Below are positions 1 through 9,438 of a stretch of DNA of 64,000 bases, one piece after another. The first letter of the stretch is position 1; each line of letters starts with the position of its first letter. Under the pieces are notes generated by a model. It searched no databases. It saw nothing but the letters and a program-made list of their open reading frames with translations, and was not told the DNA's origin. Origin of the DNA: Corallococcus sp. bb12-1. GTDB lineage: Bacteria > Myxococcota > Myxococcia > Myxococcales > Myxococcaceae. The stretch is from NCBI RefSeq assembly GCF_026626765.1, contig NZ_JAPNJZ010000012.1, forward strand, positions 205,012 through 269,011. Direction: 5' to 3'. A program made the translations under genes and the position numbers.

Positions 1-570
1 GCCAGCCTGATAGCCCGGACGCAGGGCCAGTGCGTCGAACATCCACCCCAGGGCCCGGTCCGCGAAGACATACCAGGACTCTTCACAGCCCGTGGCGTCC
101 ATGGTGATTTGAAGCACTTCCACCATTCCGTCCGCCAGGGCCAGCACCCGGATGTCGTCGTCCCCGGGCTCCGAGGGCAGGCCCTCCCGGAGGGACTGAT
201 ACACCGCATCCAGCTTGAACAGCCACGCGCGACGCTGCTCCAGGGCGTTGATCATGAGCTGGATGTTGTCCTGGACCCGCATGTTCGGCGTGGGGCGCTG
301 GTTGAAGAAGCTGTGACACCAGCAGTAGCCCCCCATGCTCTCGTTGCCCAGGTACACCCCCGTCTCCGTGTACCAGGCCGGCAGGTTCTCGTTGAGCAGG
401 TGTTGGATGTGCTTCGCCATGTCCTTGCGCTGCTCGTCCGTCAGCTTGCGCGTCCCCGGCGGAACCCGGGGCTCCAGGTACGCGCGCAGCACCTTGGCCA
501 GCCGCTCCGGCTCATAGCCGTCCATGCTGTCGCGGATGAGCTGCCAGGAGAAGCTGGACGTCTTGCTCAT
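1..570 (-). CDS. Hypothetical protein (paralog of the next gene); N-terminal 190 aa in window, C-terminus beyond window start
   Basis: Reverse-strand ATG at 570..568 overlaps the upstream gene's stop (ATGA). Translation begins MSKTSSFSWQLIRDS... and shares the motif LGNE.(M/L)GGYCWCH(S/A)FFN..PTPN plus N-terminal W..IR.S...Y.PE.LA..LR similarity with the 567-1262 protein. Confidence 0.6.
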   Translation of the reverse strand, partial: MSKTSSFSWQLIRDSMDGYEPERLAKVLRAYLEPRVPPGTRKLTDEQRKDMAKHIQHLLNENLPAWYTETGVYLGNESMGGYCWCHSFFNQRPTPNMRVQDNIQLMINALEQRRAWLFKLDAVYQSLREGLPSEPGDDDIRVLALADGMVEVLQITMDATGCEESWYVFADRALGWMFDALALRPGYQAG

Positions 571-1262
571 GGCGTCACCTCGTCGTTCAGCGCCGCCACC
601 GACACCCGCTGCGCCGAGGCCCGGAACGCCTCCGGCGGCGGTGGTGACCACGACTCGAACACGAACAGCGTGCCCATCAACGCCTGTGTGGATTCGCCCA
701 CCGACACGTCCAGAGCATCGAAGCACCAGTCCATCGCCGACTCCGCGACCTGATACCAAGCCTCTTCGCAGTACGTCTCCGCGGCGGTGAAATCCACCGT
801 CTGGACCAGCGCCTCCGCGAGCACCGTCGCCTGGAGGCCCTTGTCACCCCGCGCCGCGAGGAACCGGGCGCGCGCGGCTTCAAAGAGGGCATCCAGCGCA
901 TACAGATACTTCCGGGTGCGCTCCAGCGCCTCCAGCATGGCCCGGACGTTGTCATCCACGTCCAGGTTCGGCGTGGGAACGCTGTTGAAGAACGCGTGGC
1001 ACCAGCAATAGCCCCCCAGGTTCTCGTTGCCCAGCGGCAGGCCGCTCTCGGTGTACCAGGGGCCCAGGGTGGCGCCGAGCAGGTCCTGCACCTGGTGCTT
1101 GAAGGGCGTGAGCACCCCTCGGCTGAACGCGCCCCCTCCGGACCTCATCGACCGGAGCGGCGCCAGGATGTCGCGCAACCGGACCGCCAGCGGCTCCGGC
1201 GCGTAGGTGCCCAGGCTCTCGCGGATGCGATTCCACGGGCGCTTTGAAGGATCGCTGCTCAT
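567..1262 (-). CDS. Hypothetical protein, 231 aa, GYCWCHAFFN motif; tandem paralog of the downstream gene
   Basis: The real ORF is the 3' part of track ORF 567..1706. Start ATG at 1262..1260 overlaps the Fic stop (ATGA). No recognised domain. Confidence 0.65.
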   Translation of the reverse strand: MSSDPSKRPWNRIRESLGTYAPEPLAVRLRDILAPLRSMRSGGGAFSRGVLTPFKHQVQDLLGATLGPWYTESGLPLGNENLGGYCWCHAFFNSVPTPNLDVDDNVRAMLEALERTRKYLYALDALFEAARARFLAARGDKGLQATVLAEALVQTVDFTAAETYCEEAWYQVAESAMDWCFDALDVSVGESTQALMGTLFVFESWSPPPPEAFRASAQRVSVAALNDEVTP

Positions 1263-1888
1263 GGCTGCACCTCGTTGCGACACGGGGCGTCCGGCCCCGC
1301 GATGCTCCGGGCCAACAGACGCGCGAAGCGCACGTAGCGTTCCGCGTCTCCCGGACGCTTGGGAAACAGCACGATGGGCGCCAACGGTGGGGTGGGCAGC
1401 CCGCCCCGCCGCAGCATGTATTCCAACCACAACCGCGCCGCCCTCGCGTTCCCGTCCGGGAACGGGTGGAAGAAACACAGGTCCAGGTACAACCGGGTGG
1501 CGTGCGCCACCGGATGGCGTTCCTCCCGCGCCTCTCCCTCCACCTTCCCGACGAAGGCCGCCTCCAGGCCCGGGGCCTGCGCATAGCGGTGCGCACCCCC
1601 GTGCGCGAAAGCCTCCCCGGTGCGAAACGCCGTACGCACCCCCAACACCGTTTCCTGCACTTCCACCATCCGGGAAAACGTCAGCGCCTCCCCCGCATCC
1701 GCCCACTGCCGCACCCGTGCCAGGGCCCGCTCGAAGCGCTCCGTGCGCTCGGGCCCCTGGGGCTCGTGGGCGGGCGCGTCATGCCGGAGGAGGAACTCCT
1801 CCTGGGCCCCCGTCTCCCGGAAGGGCTGTCTTCCTGCCGCGTCCAGGTCCGCCCGGAGCGCCGGCAGGGCCCAGTCCAGGGCTTGCAT
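1259..1888 (-). CDS. Fic/Doc family protein (small stand-alone Fido domain; variant active-site motif HPFPDGNAR)
   Basis: C-terminal part of track ORF 1259..2902 contains HPFPDGNARAARLWLEYML, matching Fic HPFx(D/E)GNGRxxR with the second Gly replaced by Ala. First plausible ATG is at 1888. The upstream part of the track ORF is antisense to the DAG-kinase gene. Confidence 0.8.
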   Translation of the reverse strand: MQALDWALPALRADLDAAGRQPFRETGAQEEFLLRHDAPAHEPQGPERTERFERALARVRQWADAGEALTFSRMVEVQETVLGVRTAFRTGEAFAHGGAHRYAQAPGLEAAFVGKVEGEAREERHPVAHATRLYLDLCFFHPFPDGNARAARLWLEYMLRRGGLPTPPLAPIVLFPKRPGDAERYVRFARLLARSIAGPDAPCRNEVQP

Positions 1889-2089
1889 GGCGTCGCGGTG
1901 GGGACCGAGCTGCTCGGTGGCGGAGGGGGCTTTCACTCGGGGGCCGGGAGGAAGGCGGGGAGGGGAGGGCCCAGCATGGCACGGCCGGGGTGACAAACAC
2001 CCTGGTCGGAGGACCCTCCGGTGGGTCATGGAGTGGAGCACCGGCGCACAAACGCGTAAACAAGCGCGTCTCGCAGGGAAAGGTACTGA

Positions 2090-3010
2090 ATGAAGACGTT
2101 CCTCGTGGTCAACCCGCGCAGCGCCAACGGGCAGACGGGGAAGCGATGGGTGGAGATCTCCGCGCAGGTGGGCCGGGTGCTCGGCGAGTTCGGGCACGGC
2201 TTCACCAGCGGCGGCATGGATGCGGCGCGGCTGGCGCGGCAGGCCATCGATGATGGGTATGAGTGCATCGTCGCGGTCGGCGGCGACGGCACCCTCAACG
2301 AGGTCACCAACGGCTTCTTCCGCGACGGTCAGGTCATCAACCCCCAGGCGGCGCTGGGGCTGTTGCCCCGGGGCACCGGCGGCGACTTTCGACGCACGTT
2401 CGGGTGGGACCTGGAGCTGACGTCCGCGCTGGAGCGGCTGCGCACGGAGAAGACAGAGCCCTTCGACGTGGGCCGGTTGGACTTCATCGACAACGACGGC
2501 CAGCCCGCCACGCGCTTCTTCGCCAACATCGCCTCGTTTGGCGTGAGCGCGGTGGTGGCCCGGGAGGTGAACTCCGGCAGCAAGGCGCTGGGCGGCAACC
2601 TGAGCTTCATGTGGGGCACCGTGAAGGGCCTGGTGAAGTACACCGAACAGCAGGTGCGCCTGACGTTGGATGACAAGCCGCCGGAGACGGTGAGCGTCAC
2701 CGCCGTGGCCGTGGCCAACGGGCGCTACTTCGGCAGCGGCATGTTCGTCGCCCCCGACGCGCTCACGCACGACGGCCTCTTCGACATCACGCTCTGGTCC
2801 AACTACAAGCTGAGCGACTTCGTGCTCAAGTCCAAGGGCGTCTACAACGGCGACCACGTCACCTGGAAGGGCACGCGGCGCTTCCAGTGCCGCACCCTCC
2901 ACGCCGAATCACAGACGGGCGACGTGTACCTCGACGTGGACGGTGAGACGCCGGGCCGGCTGCCCTGCACCATGACCATCCTGCCCGGGGCCATCCGCCT
3001 CAAGGTGTAG
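2090..3010 (+). CDS. Diacylglycerol kinase catalytic-domain lipid kinase (YegS/BmrU family)
   Basis: VVNPRSANG...ECIVAVGGDGTLNEV glycine-rich DAGK_cat signature; 306 aa. Confidence 0.85.
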   Translation: MKTFLVVNPRSANGQTGKRWVEISAQVGRVLGEFGHGFTSGGMDAARLARQAIDDGYECIVAVGGDGTLNEVTNGFFRDGQVINPQAALGLLPRGTGGDFRRTFGWDLELTSALERLRTEKTEPFDVGRLDFIDNDGQPATRFFANIASFGVSAVVAREVNSGSKALGGNLSFMWGTVKGLVKYTEQQVRLTLDDKPPETVSVTAVAVANGRYFGSGMFVAPDALTHDGLFDITLWSNYKLSDFVLKSKGVYNGDHVTWKGTRRFQCRTLHAESQTGDVYLDVDGETPGRLPCTMTILPGAIRLKV

Positions 3011-3896
3011 CGCCCGGACGCGGGTGCCCGCGCGAGGTGTCCTCCACCGGCGCGGTCGCGCTCGCAAGGGGAGAAGGGCGATACCAGCTCGTCTGGCCAA
3101 TGAGGTTCCGGGAGAAGCCGTCCTCCGCCAGGGGGGCGGCCTCCGCGGCGCCCAGCACCAGGTAGCCGTCGAAGTGCAGCATCCGCCGCACGCGGGCCAG
3201 CACCGCGCGCCGGGTGGGCGCGTCCCAGTAGATCATCACGTTGCGCAGGAAGATGACGTCCACCGGGGTCTCCGGGTGGAAGTCGTCCATCAGGTTGAGC
3301 GGGCGGAACTCCACCGGCTTGCGCACCTGTTCGTTGAGCCTCCACCCGTCGCGCTCCTGGCGGAAGTAGCGCTGGCGCAAGAGGGGCGTCAGGCCCCGGT
3401 GGACCTCGCGCGCGTCGTAGCGGGCTTCGCTCGCGCGTCCCAGGGCGCGGGTGGAGAAGTCGGTGGCGAGGATGCGCACCGTCCAGCCGGTGATGAGCAG
3501 CCCCGCTTCCGCCAGCGTCATCGCGACGCTGTAGGGCTCCTGTCCGTAGGCGCACGCCGCGCACCAGATGCGCAACGTGCGCGTCCGGCCTCGCCGCGCC
3601 AGCAGGGCGGGCAGCACCGTGGTGCGCAGGGCCTCGAACACGGACGCGTCCCGGAAGAAGGCCGTCTCGTGGTTGGCCAGGGCCTCGGCCAGCCGTTGAT
3701 GGAGCAGGGTGTTCTCGGGCTGGGCGCGCAGCCGGGCCACCAGGGCGGTGACGTCCGCCACGTGCTCCTCGCGCACGAGCGAGGCGAGCCGCGTCTCCAC
3801 CAGCGCGTGCGTGTCGTGCTCCAGCACGAGCCCGGACAGCCGCAGCACGCGCTGCCGCAGCCAGGCGAAGTCGTCGTGAAGCAGGGGCATGCTCAA
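3000..3896 (-). CDS. cheR: Chemotaxis protein methyltransferase CheR
   Basis: CheR N-terminal and SAM-methyltransferase regions (…FFRD…LRIWCAACAYGQEPYSVAM…). Start overlaps the cheB stop. Confidence 0.9.
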   Translation of the reverse strand: MSMPLLHDDFAWLRQRVLRLSGLVLEHDTHALVETRLASLVREEHVADVTALVARLRAQPENTLLHQRLAEALANHETAFFRDASVFEALRTTVLPALLARRGRTRTLRIWCAACAYGQEPYSVAMTLAEAGLLITGWTVRILATDFSTRALGRASEARYDAREVHRGLTPLLRQRYFRQERDGWRLNEQVRKPVEFRPLNLMDDFHPETPVDVIFLRNVMIYWDAPTRRAVLARVRRMLHFDGYLVLGAAEAAPLAEDGFSRNLIGQTSWYRPSPLASATAPVEDTSRGHPRPGATP

Positions 3897-4957
3897 AGCC
3901 TCCGTCCGCGCGCTTCCACGCGCCGCACCAGCTCCGCGGCCACGTCGTCCAGCGGCAACACCCCGTCCGCCAGGCCCGCCTGCTCCACCGCGCCGGGCAT
4001 CCCTCCGATGACACAGGTGGCCTGGTCCTGGACCACCACCTGTCCGCCCGCTTCATCCACGCGACGGCAGCCGCGCAGCCCGTCCTGTCCCATGCCCGTG
4101 AGCACCACCGCGAGCACGCCCGGGCCATACACCTCCACCGCCGAGCGGAAGAGCACGTCCACCGCCGGACGGCAGGCATTCTCCGGCGGCCCCTGGTGCG
4201 TGAGGATCCGCACGCCGGTGGCATCCGAGGAGAGGGCGAGGTGGAAGTCCCCCGGAGCGACCCACACCGAGCCGGGCCTGATCAGGTCGCCGGAAACGGC
4301 CTCGCGCACGCGCAGCTTGCTGACGCCCTCCAGCCGCTCCGCGAGCAGCCGCGTGAACAGGGGCGGCATGTGCTGCACGATGAGCACCGGCACCGACAGG
4401 TCCGCCGGCAGCGCGGACACCACCCGCACCAGCGCGCCCGGGCCTCCGGTGGACGCGCCGATGACGATGATCTCCACCCGCGCCGGACCCTGCGGCCTTG
4501 GCGGATGCAGCCTGGGAAGGAGCCCCGGTCCCCCCGCGGCGCAGGTGTTGCGCACGTGGAGGGCCTTGAGCTTGCGCACCAACTCATCGCGCACCGCCTC
4601 CACGGTGATGTTCATCCCTCCGGAGGACGTGGGCTTCGTCACGTAGTCGCGAGCCCCCAGCGCCAGCGCCTCCAGCGTCAGCACGCCCGCGCGTTCGGTG
4701 AGCGCGCTGAACATCACCACCGGCAGCTCCGGCGCGCGCTGCCGCAGGAGCTTCAGCGTCTCCAGTCCATCCAGCTCCGGCATCTCCAGGTCCAACAGCA
4801 CCACGTCCGGTTGGAACTGCTCCACCTTCGCCAGCGCGATGCGTCCGTTGGCCGCGGTGGCGACGACCTCCAGGGCGGGGTCGCTTCCCAACAGCAACGA
4901 CACCTGTCGCCGCACCACGGCTGCGTCGTCCACCACCAGGACCCGGATGGTGTTCAT
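3893..4957 (-). CDS. cheB: Chemotaxis response regulator protein-glutamate methylesterase CheB
   Basis: N-terminal receiver (MNTIRVLVVDDAAVVR…DLEMPELDG) plus CheB methylesterase domain (VIGASTGGPGAL…). Start was chosen at the internal ATG 4957, not the track start 5143. Confidence 0.9.
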   Translation of the reverse strand: MNTIRVLVVDDAAVVRRQVSLLLGSDPALEVVATAANGRIALAKVEQFQPDVVLLDLEMPELDGLETLKLLRQRAPELPVVMFSALTERAGVLTLEALALGARDYVTKPTSSGGMNITVEAVRDELVRKLKALHVRNTCAAGGPGLLPRLHPPRPQGPARVEIIVIGASTGGPGALVRVVSALPADLSVPVLIVQHMPPLFTRLLAERLEGVSKLRVREAVSGDLIRPGSVWVAPGDFHLALSSDATGVRILTHQGPPENACRPAVDVLFRSAVEVYGPGVLAVVLTGMGQDGLRGCRRVDEAGGQVVVQDQATCVIGGMPGAVEQAGLADGVLPLDDVAAELVRRVEARGRRL

Positions 4958-4968
4958 GGGAGGTTGCT

Positions 4969-5307
4969 TCACCGGGCCGCGTGCGCGACCGGGCAGCGGC
5001 CCGTCGGGATGCTGGGGGCCGTATCGCCGCCGTACACCTCGTGCCGGGGCCGGCTCGCGAGGATCGCGCTGGCGCCCCAGTCCGTCACCCGGTGGAAGGC
5101 CTCGGACGCGATGAAGGCGTCGAAGCCCTCGCGGCTGTGCCATTCGGAGACGATGAGGTAGCGCCCGGCGGCTCCCACGCTCCGGAACAGCTCCGTCCGC
5201 GCATGCGTGGGCAGCGTGCGCATCGCCTCCAGCACGAGCGCGAACTTCTTCTCGAAGGCCTCCGCCTTGCCCTCACGCACTTCGTAGTTCATGCCAATGG
5301 TGACCAT
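4969..5307 (-). CDS. ABM (antibiotic-biosynthesis-monooxygenase-like) domain protein
   Basis: 112 aa ferredoxin-like dimeric α+β fold signature (MVTIGMNYEVREGKAEAFEKKF…LIVSEWHSREGFDAFIASEAFH). Confidence 0.7.
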   Translation of the reverse strand: MVTIGMNYEVREGKAEAFEKKFALVLEAMRTLPTHARTELFRSVGAAGRYLIVSEWHSREGFDAFIASEAFHRVTDWGASAILASRPRHEVYGGDTAPSIPTGRCPVAHAAR

Positions 5308-5329
5308 CCGCCGCCTCCTTGGTTCCGGT

Positions 5330-6859
5330 TCATTCCAGCCACACCCGGACGTGGCGTTCGCCCTCGTCCAGGTGGAACAATTCCGACGGCCGCAGTCCCG
5401 CCGCCACCGCGGTCGCCGCGATGGCCACCGGATCCAACCCCCGCGCCGCGAGCCGCGGCCTCAGGTCCTCTGGCAACAGGTCCTCCAGGTGCGCCGTCAC
5501 GTCCGCGCGGAAGGTGAGCGCCACCCGCGTGTGCGCCCCTTCCGTCACGCGAACGCGCAGATACCGCGCGGTGCCCTCCACGTGCGCCTCGGGCGGGAGT
5601 GGCGGCGGTGGCAGCCGTGGGGCGCGTGACTCGTCCAGCAGCGCTCCCCACGCGATGGGTGCCTCCAGCACGTCCAGGTGGCGCATCAGCCCGTGGAACG
5701 CACGCAGCACGAAGAGCAGCGACGCGGGCCCCGCGGCCCGGAAGTTCCAACGGTGCGGCCCCAGCGCTTCGGTGAGCCGCGCGCCCAGGTTCCACCGCGC
5801 GACGTGGAACGGGCCGTCCTGGAGGAAGGGCTCCAGCAGCACGCGGCTGACGGCGGGCAGCACCTCCGCCATGGGCTCCAGCAACTCCGGCGTGAAGCCC
5901 AGCGTCACCCACGTGGACAGCAGCCGCCGTGGATCCGCTTCGGTCCCGGGGACCCGGAGCAAGGCGATCAACCGCCCCAGCCCCAGGGGCAGCTCGGGAG
6001 GCAGCGGCTTCACGCAGCCGAAGTCGAGCACCCCCAACGTGGGCCTGCCCTCCGGCCCCCGGATGACGCGGTAGTTGCCGGGATGCGGATCCGCGTGCAG
6101 CGCGCCCCAGGTGAAGAGGCCCTGGAGGAACAGCCGCACCAGCGTGGTGGACAACTCTCGCCGGTCCGCCTCGCTCCAGCGCCGGGCCTCCGCGATGGGC
6201 TCCCCGTCCACCCAGGACATCACCAGCAGGTCCTCGCGGGTGAGCGCGTCCACCGGCACGGGGACCACCACCCCCGGCACGTCCGCCATGCGCGCGCCCG
6301 CCTCCGTCAGCGCGCGGGCCTCGTGGTGGTAGTCCAGCTCCTCCTGGAGCATCTGGGCAAGCTCGCGCCGGTAGGCGGACAGATCCAACTTCCCGCGCCA
6401 GCCCCCCAGCGGCGCCGCCAGCCAACCCAATGCACGCAGGTCGGCGCGCACCGCGTCCGCGATGCCCGGGTGCCGCAGCTTCACCGCCACCGCGCGCCCG
6501 TCATGCAGCACGCCCCGGTGCACCTGTCCTAGAGACGCCGCGATGCCCGCGCCGTCGAGCGACCTGAACACCTCGCTCCACGGCCGGCCCAACCGGCGGG
6601 AGACCTCCGCCAGCGCAGCCTCGGGCGCGAGCGGGGCGGGGGCCTCCGCGAGCGACCCGAAGCCAGGTGTCTCCGCCCCCAGCTCCGCGAGCGTGAGCAC
6701 CTGCCCCACCTTCTGCGGCAGTCCGCGCAGCCCGAGGAGCCGCTCGGCCAGCTCGCGCCGCGCGTCTTCCGCCTCCTGGGGCCGGGCGCCGCGCCGCAGC
6801 CGCGTGGACGCCCGCGCGACCTGTCCCAGCTCCCACCATCGTTTCAGTCCGGTCCTCAC
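5330..6859 (-). CDS. ABC1/UbiB/ADCK-family atypical protein kinase with roughly 110 aa C-terminal extension
   Basis: ABC1 kinase motifs (ASLGQVHRGVL.DGR.VAVKLRHPGI…; HADPHPGN). 509 aa. Sits between the MCP and ABM genes in the che operon. Confidence 0.85.
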   Translation of the reverse strand: MRTGLKRWWELGQVARASTRLRRGARPQEAEDARRELAERLLGLRGLPQKVGQVLTLAELGAETPGFGSLAEAPAPLAPEAALAEVSRRLGRPWSEVFRSLDGAGIAASLGQVHRGVLHDGRAVAVKLRHPGIADAVRADLRALGWLAAPLGGWRGKLDLSAYRRELAQMLQEELDYHHEARALTEAGARMADVPGVVVPVPVDALTREDLLVMSWVDGEPIAEARRWSEADRRELSTTLVRLFLQGLFTWGALHADPHPGNYRVIRGPEGRPTLGVLDFGCVKPLPPELPLGLGRLIALLRVPGTEADPRRLLSTWVTLGFTPELLEPMAEVLPAVSRVLLEPFLQDGPFHVARWNLGARLTEALGPHRWNFRAAGPASLLFVLRAFHGLMRHLDVLEAPIAWGALLDESRAPRLPPPPLPPEAHVEGTARYLRVRVTEGAHTRVALTFRADVTAHLEDLLPEDLRPRLAARGLDPVAIAATAVAAGLRPSELFHLDEGERHVRVWLE

Positions 6860-6889
6860 GCGCCTGGTTCTCCGGGTCCGAGCGGTGCG

Positions 6890-8950
6890 CTACTTCGACC
6901 GGTTCTGTTTGTCGGTGGTGTCTACCTGGATGACCAGCCGTTGCAGCGACTGCGCCATGTGGGCCAGCTCCACCGCCGAACGCTGCGTGCGACCCGCGCC
7001 CTCGGTGGTGCTGCGCGCGGCCTCCGCGACGGCGGCCATGTTCTCGGAGATCTGCTGGCTGCCCTTGGCCGCCTCGCCCACGTTGCGCAGGATTTCGCCC
7101 GCCGTGGCCGTCTGCTCCTCCACCGACGACGCGATGGACGTCTGCAATTCATTGATGCGGCCGATGGTGGCGCCAATCTCCAGGATGGCGTTGACCACCT
7201 CCTCGGTGTCGTCCTGGATGGCGCCAATCTTCTGCCCGATGTCCTCGGTGGCCCGGGCCGTCTCGCGCGCCAGCTCCTTCACCTCGTTGGCCACCACCGC
7301 GAAGCCCCGGCCCGCCTCGCCCGCGCGGGCCGCCTCGATGGTCGCGTTGAGCGCCAGCAGGTTGGTCTGCTGCGCGATGGAGGTGATGACCTTGATGACC
7401 TTGCCAATCTCCAGGCTGCTCGTGCCCAGCTTGCTGACGACGACGGACGTCTTGTCCGCCAGCAGGACGGCGGACGACGCGACCTTGGCGGCGGTGCTCG
7501 CGTTGCGCGCCACCTCGCGGATGTTCGCGTTGACCTCCTCCATGCCGGACGCGACGCTCTGCACGTTGCGGCTCACCTGTTCGGCGCCCGCGGACACCTG
7601 GGTGGCCTGCGCCGCGGTCTCCTGCGCGTTGCTCACCATCTGCTGGCTGACGCTGGACAGCTCCTGCGAGGACGCCGCGAGCGTCTGCGAGTGCTGCGTC
7701 ACCTCCTGGAAGATGCCGCGCAGGGTGGTGTCCAATTCCTTCTCACGCTGCTGCACGGCGAGCTTCTCCGTGATGAGCTCCCACGTCACCATGGGCCCCA
7801 GGTAGCGGCCCTGGCCGTCGTACACCGCCGTCACCAGCAGGTCCGCGATCTCCGGGCCGATGGGGATGTTCGCGCGCACCGGCAGGTTCTTGTCGTTGGA
7901 CAGGATCTTCCGCTGGTACGCCGCATCCTTGTGGAAGATGTCGATGGTCGCTCCGAGCACCTTGTCCGCGGTGATGGGCAGATGCTTCTCCACCCGCTGC
8001 AACAGCCGGCGGGAGGCCGGGTTCAGGTAGACGATCTTCAAATCCTTGTCGGCCACCATCACGCAGGTGGGCGCGTTCTCCAGCATGGCCCTCAGGCGCG
8101 CCATCTCCGTGTCCGAGCGCAGCTTCTCCGTGATGTCGTCCCACGTCACCACGTAGCCCGTGAGCTTCCCGCCCCTGCCGAGGATGCCGTCGACGCGCGC
8201 CTTGAGCGTGATGTCGCCCACGGAGAAGATGGCCTCGTGGGGCAGGGCCGACGGCGTATTCAGCCGCGACTCCTCGCGCCGCAACTGGTGCTCGAAGCGG
8301 GACAGGAACTCGCCTTCCGTCGCCTCCGCCCCGCCGTCGTGGAGCGAGCCCGACTGTTCGATGCGCTCGATGGCCTCCGTGGACGACGCGTTGACGAAGA
8401 CCACCTCCAGGCGTTCATCCATCACGAGGACGTTGACCCGCGCCGCGTCGAGCAGGGCTTCGCCCACCGCGCCTGAGAGGGGCGACGTCGCGCGGCTCCG
8501 GGCGGACCGGGGCGCGGGCTGCGCGATGGCGACCTTGCGGCCCTTCACGGGAGCGCGCTTCGCTGCGGGCTTGCGCACGGGCTCCTCCTCCAGCGTCCCC
8601 ATCGCCGCCAGCACCTCGCGGGCGACGGGGCCGGACACATCCAACTCGTCCAGCACGGAGGCCAGGTGTTCGGTGACGCGCTCGAAGTGGTGCGGGCGCA
8701 GGTTCAGCTCCGCGTGCAGCTCGCGCATGGACGGACCGCGATAGACGCCAGGGCCGCCCAGGTGCTGCGTGAGGTACGCGGCCAGTTGTCGCTGAAGGGC
8801 GACGAGGTCCGCGCGGCGGAAGAAGGGCTTGAGCAGGGCATCCGTCATCACCCGGGCGTAGAGCTTCTGCACGGCGGCCGTGAGGGCGGCCTTGCCCCCC
8901 AGGCGCTGAAAGAGGGTGTTCTTCACAGCGGGCGCGGCGGTGCGGGCCAT
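6890..8950 (-). CDS. Cytoplasmic methyl-accepting chemotaxis protein: N-terminal truncated-haemoglobin-like domain + 2 PAS + MCP signalling domain
   Basis: N-term [32 protein letters not shown]…[28 protein letters not shown] fits the trHb (2/2 globin) pattern. Two PAS-like blocks follow. The C-terminus carries the highly conserved MCP hairpin (…[34 protein letters not shown]…). No TM segments. Confidence 0.9.
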   Translation of the reverse strand: MARTAAPAVKNTLFQRLGGKAALTAAVQKLYARVMTDALLKPFFRRADLVALQRQLAAYLTQHLGGPGVYRGPSMRELHAELNLRPHHFERVTEHLASVLDELDVSGPVAREVLAAMGTLEEEPVRKPAAKRAPVKGRKVAIAQPAPRSARSRATSPLSGAVGEALLDAARVNVLVMDERLEVVFVNASSTEAIERIEQSGSLHDGGAEATEGEFLSRFEHQLRREESRLNTPSALPHEAIFSVGDITLKARVDGILGRGGKLTGYVVTWDDITEKLRSDTEMARLRAMLENAPTCVMVADKDLKIVYLNPASRRLLQRVEKHLPITADKVLGATIDIFHKDAAYQRKILSNDKNLPVRANIPIGPEIADLLVTAVYDGQGRYLGPMVTWELITEKLAVQQREKELDTTLRGIFQEVTQHSQTLAASSQELSSVSQQMVSNAQETAAQATQVSAGAEQVSRNVQSVASGMEEVNANIREVARNASTAAKVASSAVLLADKTSVVVSKLGTSSLEIGKVIKVITSIAQQTNLLALNATIEAARAGEAGRGFAVVANEVKELARETARATEDIGQKIGAIQDDTEEVVNAILEIGATIGRINELQTSIASSVEEQTATAGEILRNVGEAAKGSQQISENMAAVAEAARSTTEGAGRTQRSAVELAHMAQSLQRLVIQVDTTDKQNRSK

Positions 8951-9438
8951 CAGCGGAACTCCTGGGAAGACGCAGGGAAGGAAGGGGAGGCGGAAGGGCT
9001 GGAGGAGGGCGCGAGCCCGTCCACCACCGCGTCCGCGGACAACACCAACAGCAGGCGCTCCGGCAGCGCGTGGACGCCCAGTAACATCGTGCGCAGCGAC
9101 CCGCGCAGGTTGTCCGGCAGGGGCGCCAACGCCGCGTCCTCCAGGGGAAGGATGTCGCCAATGGCATCCACGCGCAGGCTCACCGCGCCGTCATCGCCCC
9201 GCAGCACGACGTGGGGCGCGTCCGGGGGGGCCGTGCCCTCCAGCAATTCCAGACGGCGGCGCAGGTCGATGGCGGGGACGATCTGCCCACGCAGGTTGAG
9301 CAGCCCCGCCACCTCCGGCGGAGCGCCCGGGACGCGCGTGAGCGGGGGCGGCAGGAGGATCTCCTGCACACGTTCGATGTCCAGGCCGAACAGGTGCTCG
9401 CCCACGTGGAAGGTGCACAACTGACGCAGGGACCTCAT
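8950..9438 (-). CDS. cheW: Chemotaxis coupling protein CheW
   Basis: 162 aa CheW domain ([19 protein letters not shown]…[13 protein letters not shown]). Only the 3' portion of track ORF 8950..10719 is real. Start overlaps the cheA stop (ATGA). Confidence 0.9.
   Translation of the reverse strand: MRSLRQLCTFHVGEHLFGLDIERVQEILLPPPLTRVPGAPPEVAGLLNLRGQIVPAIDLRRRLELLEGTAPPDAPHVVLRGDDGAVSLRVDAIGDILPLEDAALAPLPDNLRGSLRTMLLGVHALPERLLLVLSADAVVDGLAPSSSPSASPSFPASSQEFR

Noticed and set aside
1259-2902. 547-aa minus-strand ORF spanning the Fic gene and the region antisense to the DAG-kinase gene
   Set aside because: Only the last roughly 210 codons (Fic domain, ATG at 1888) have protein-like composition. 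The upstream portion is the antisense shadow of the well-supported plus-strand DAGK gene in this high-GC DNA.
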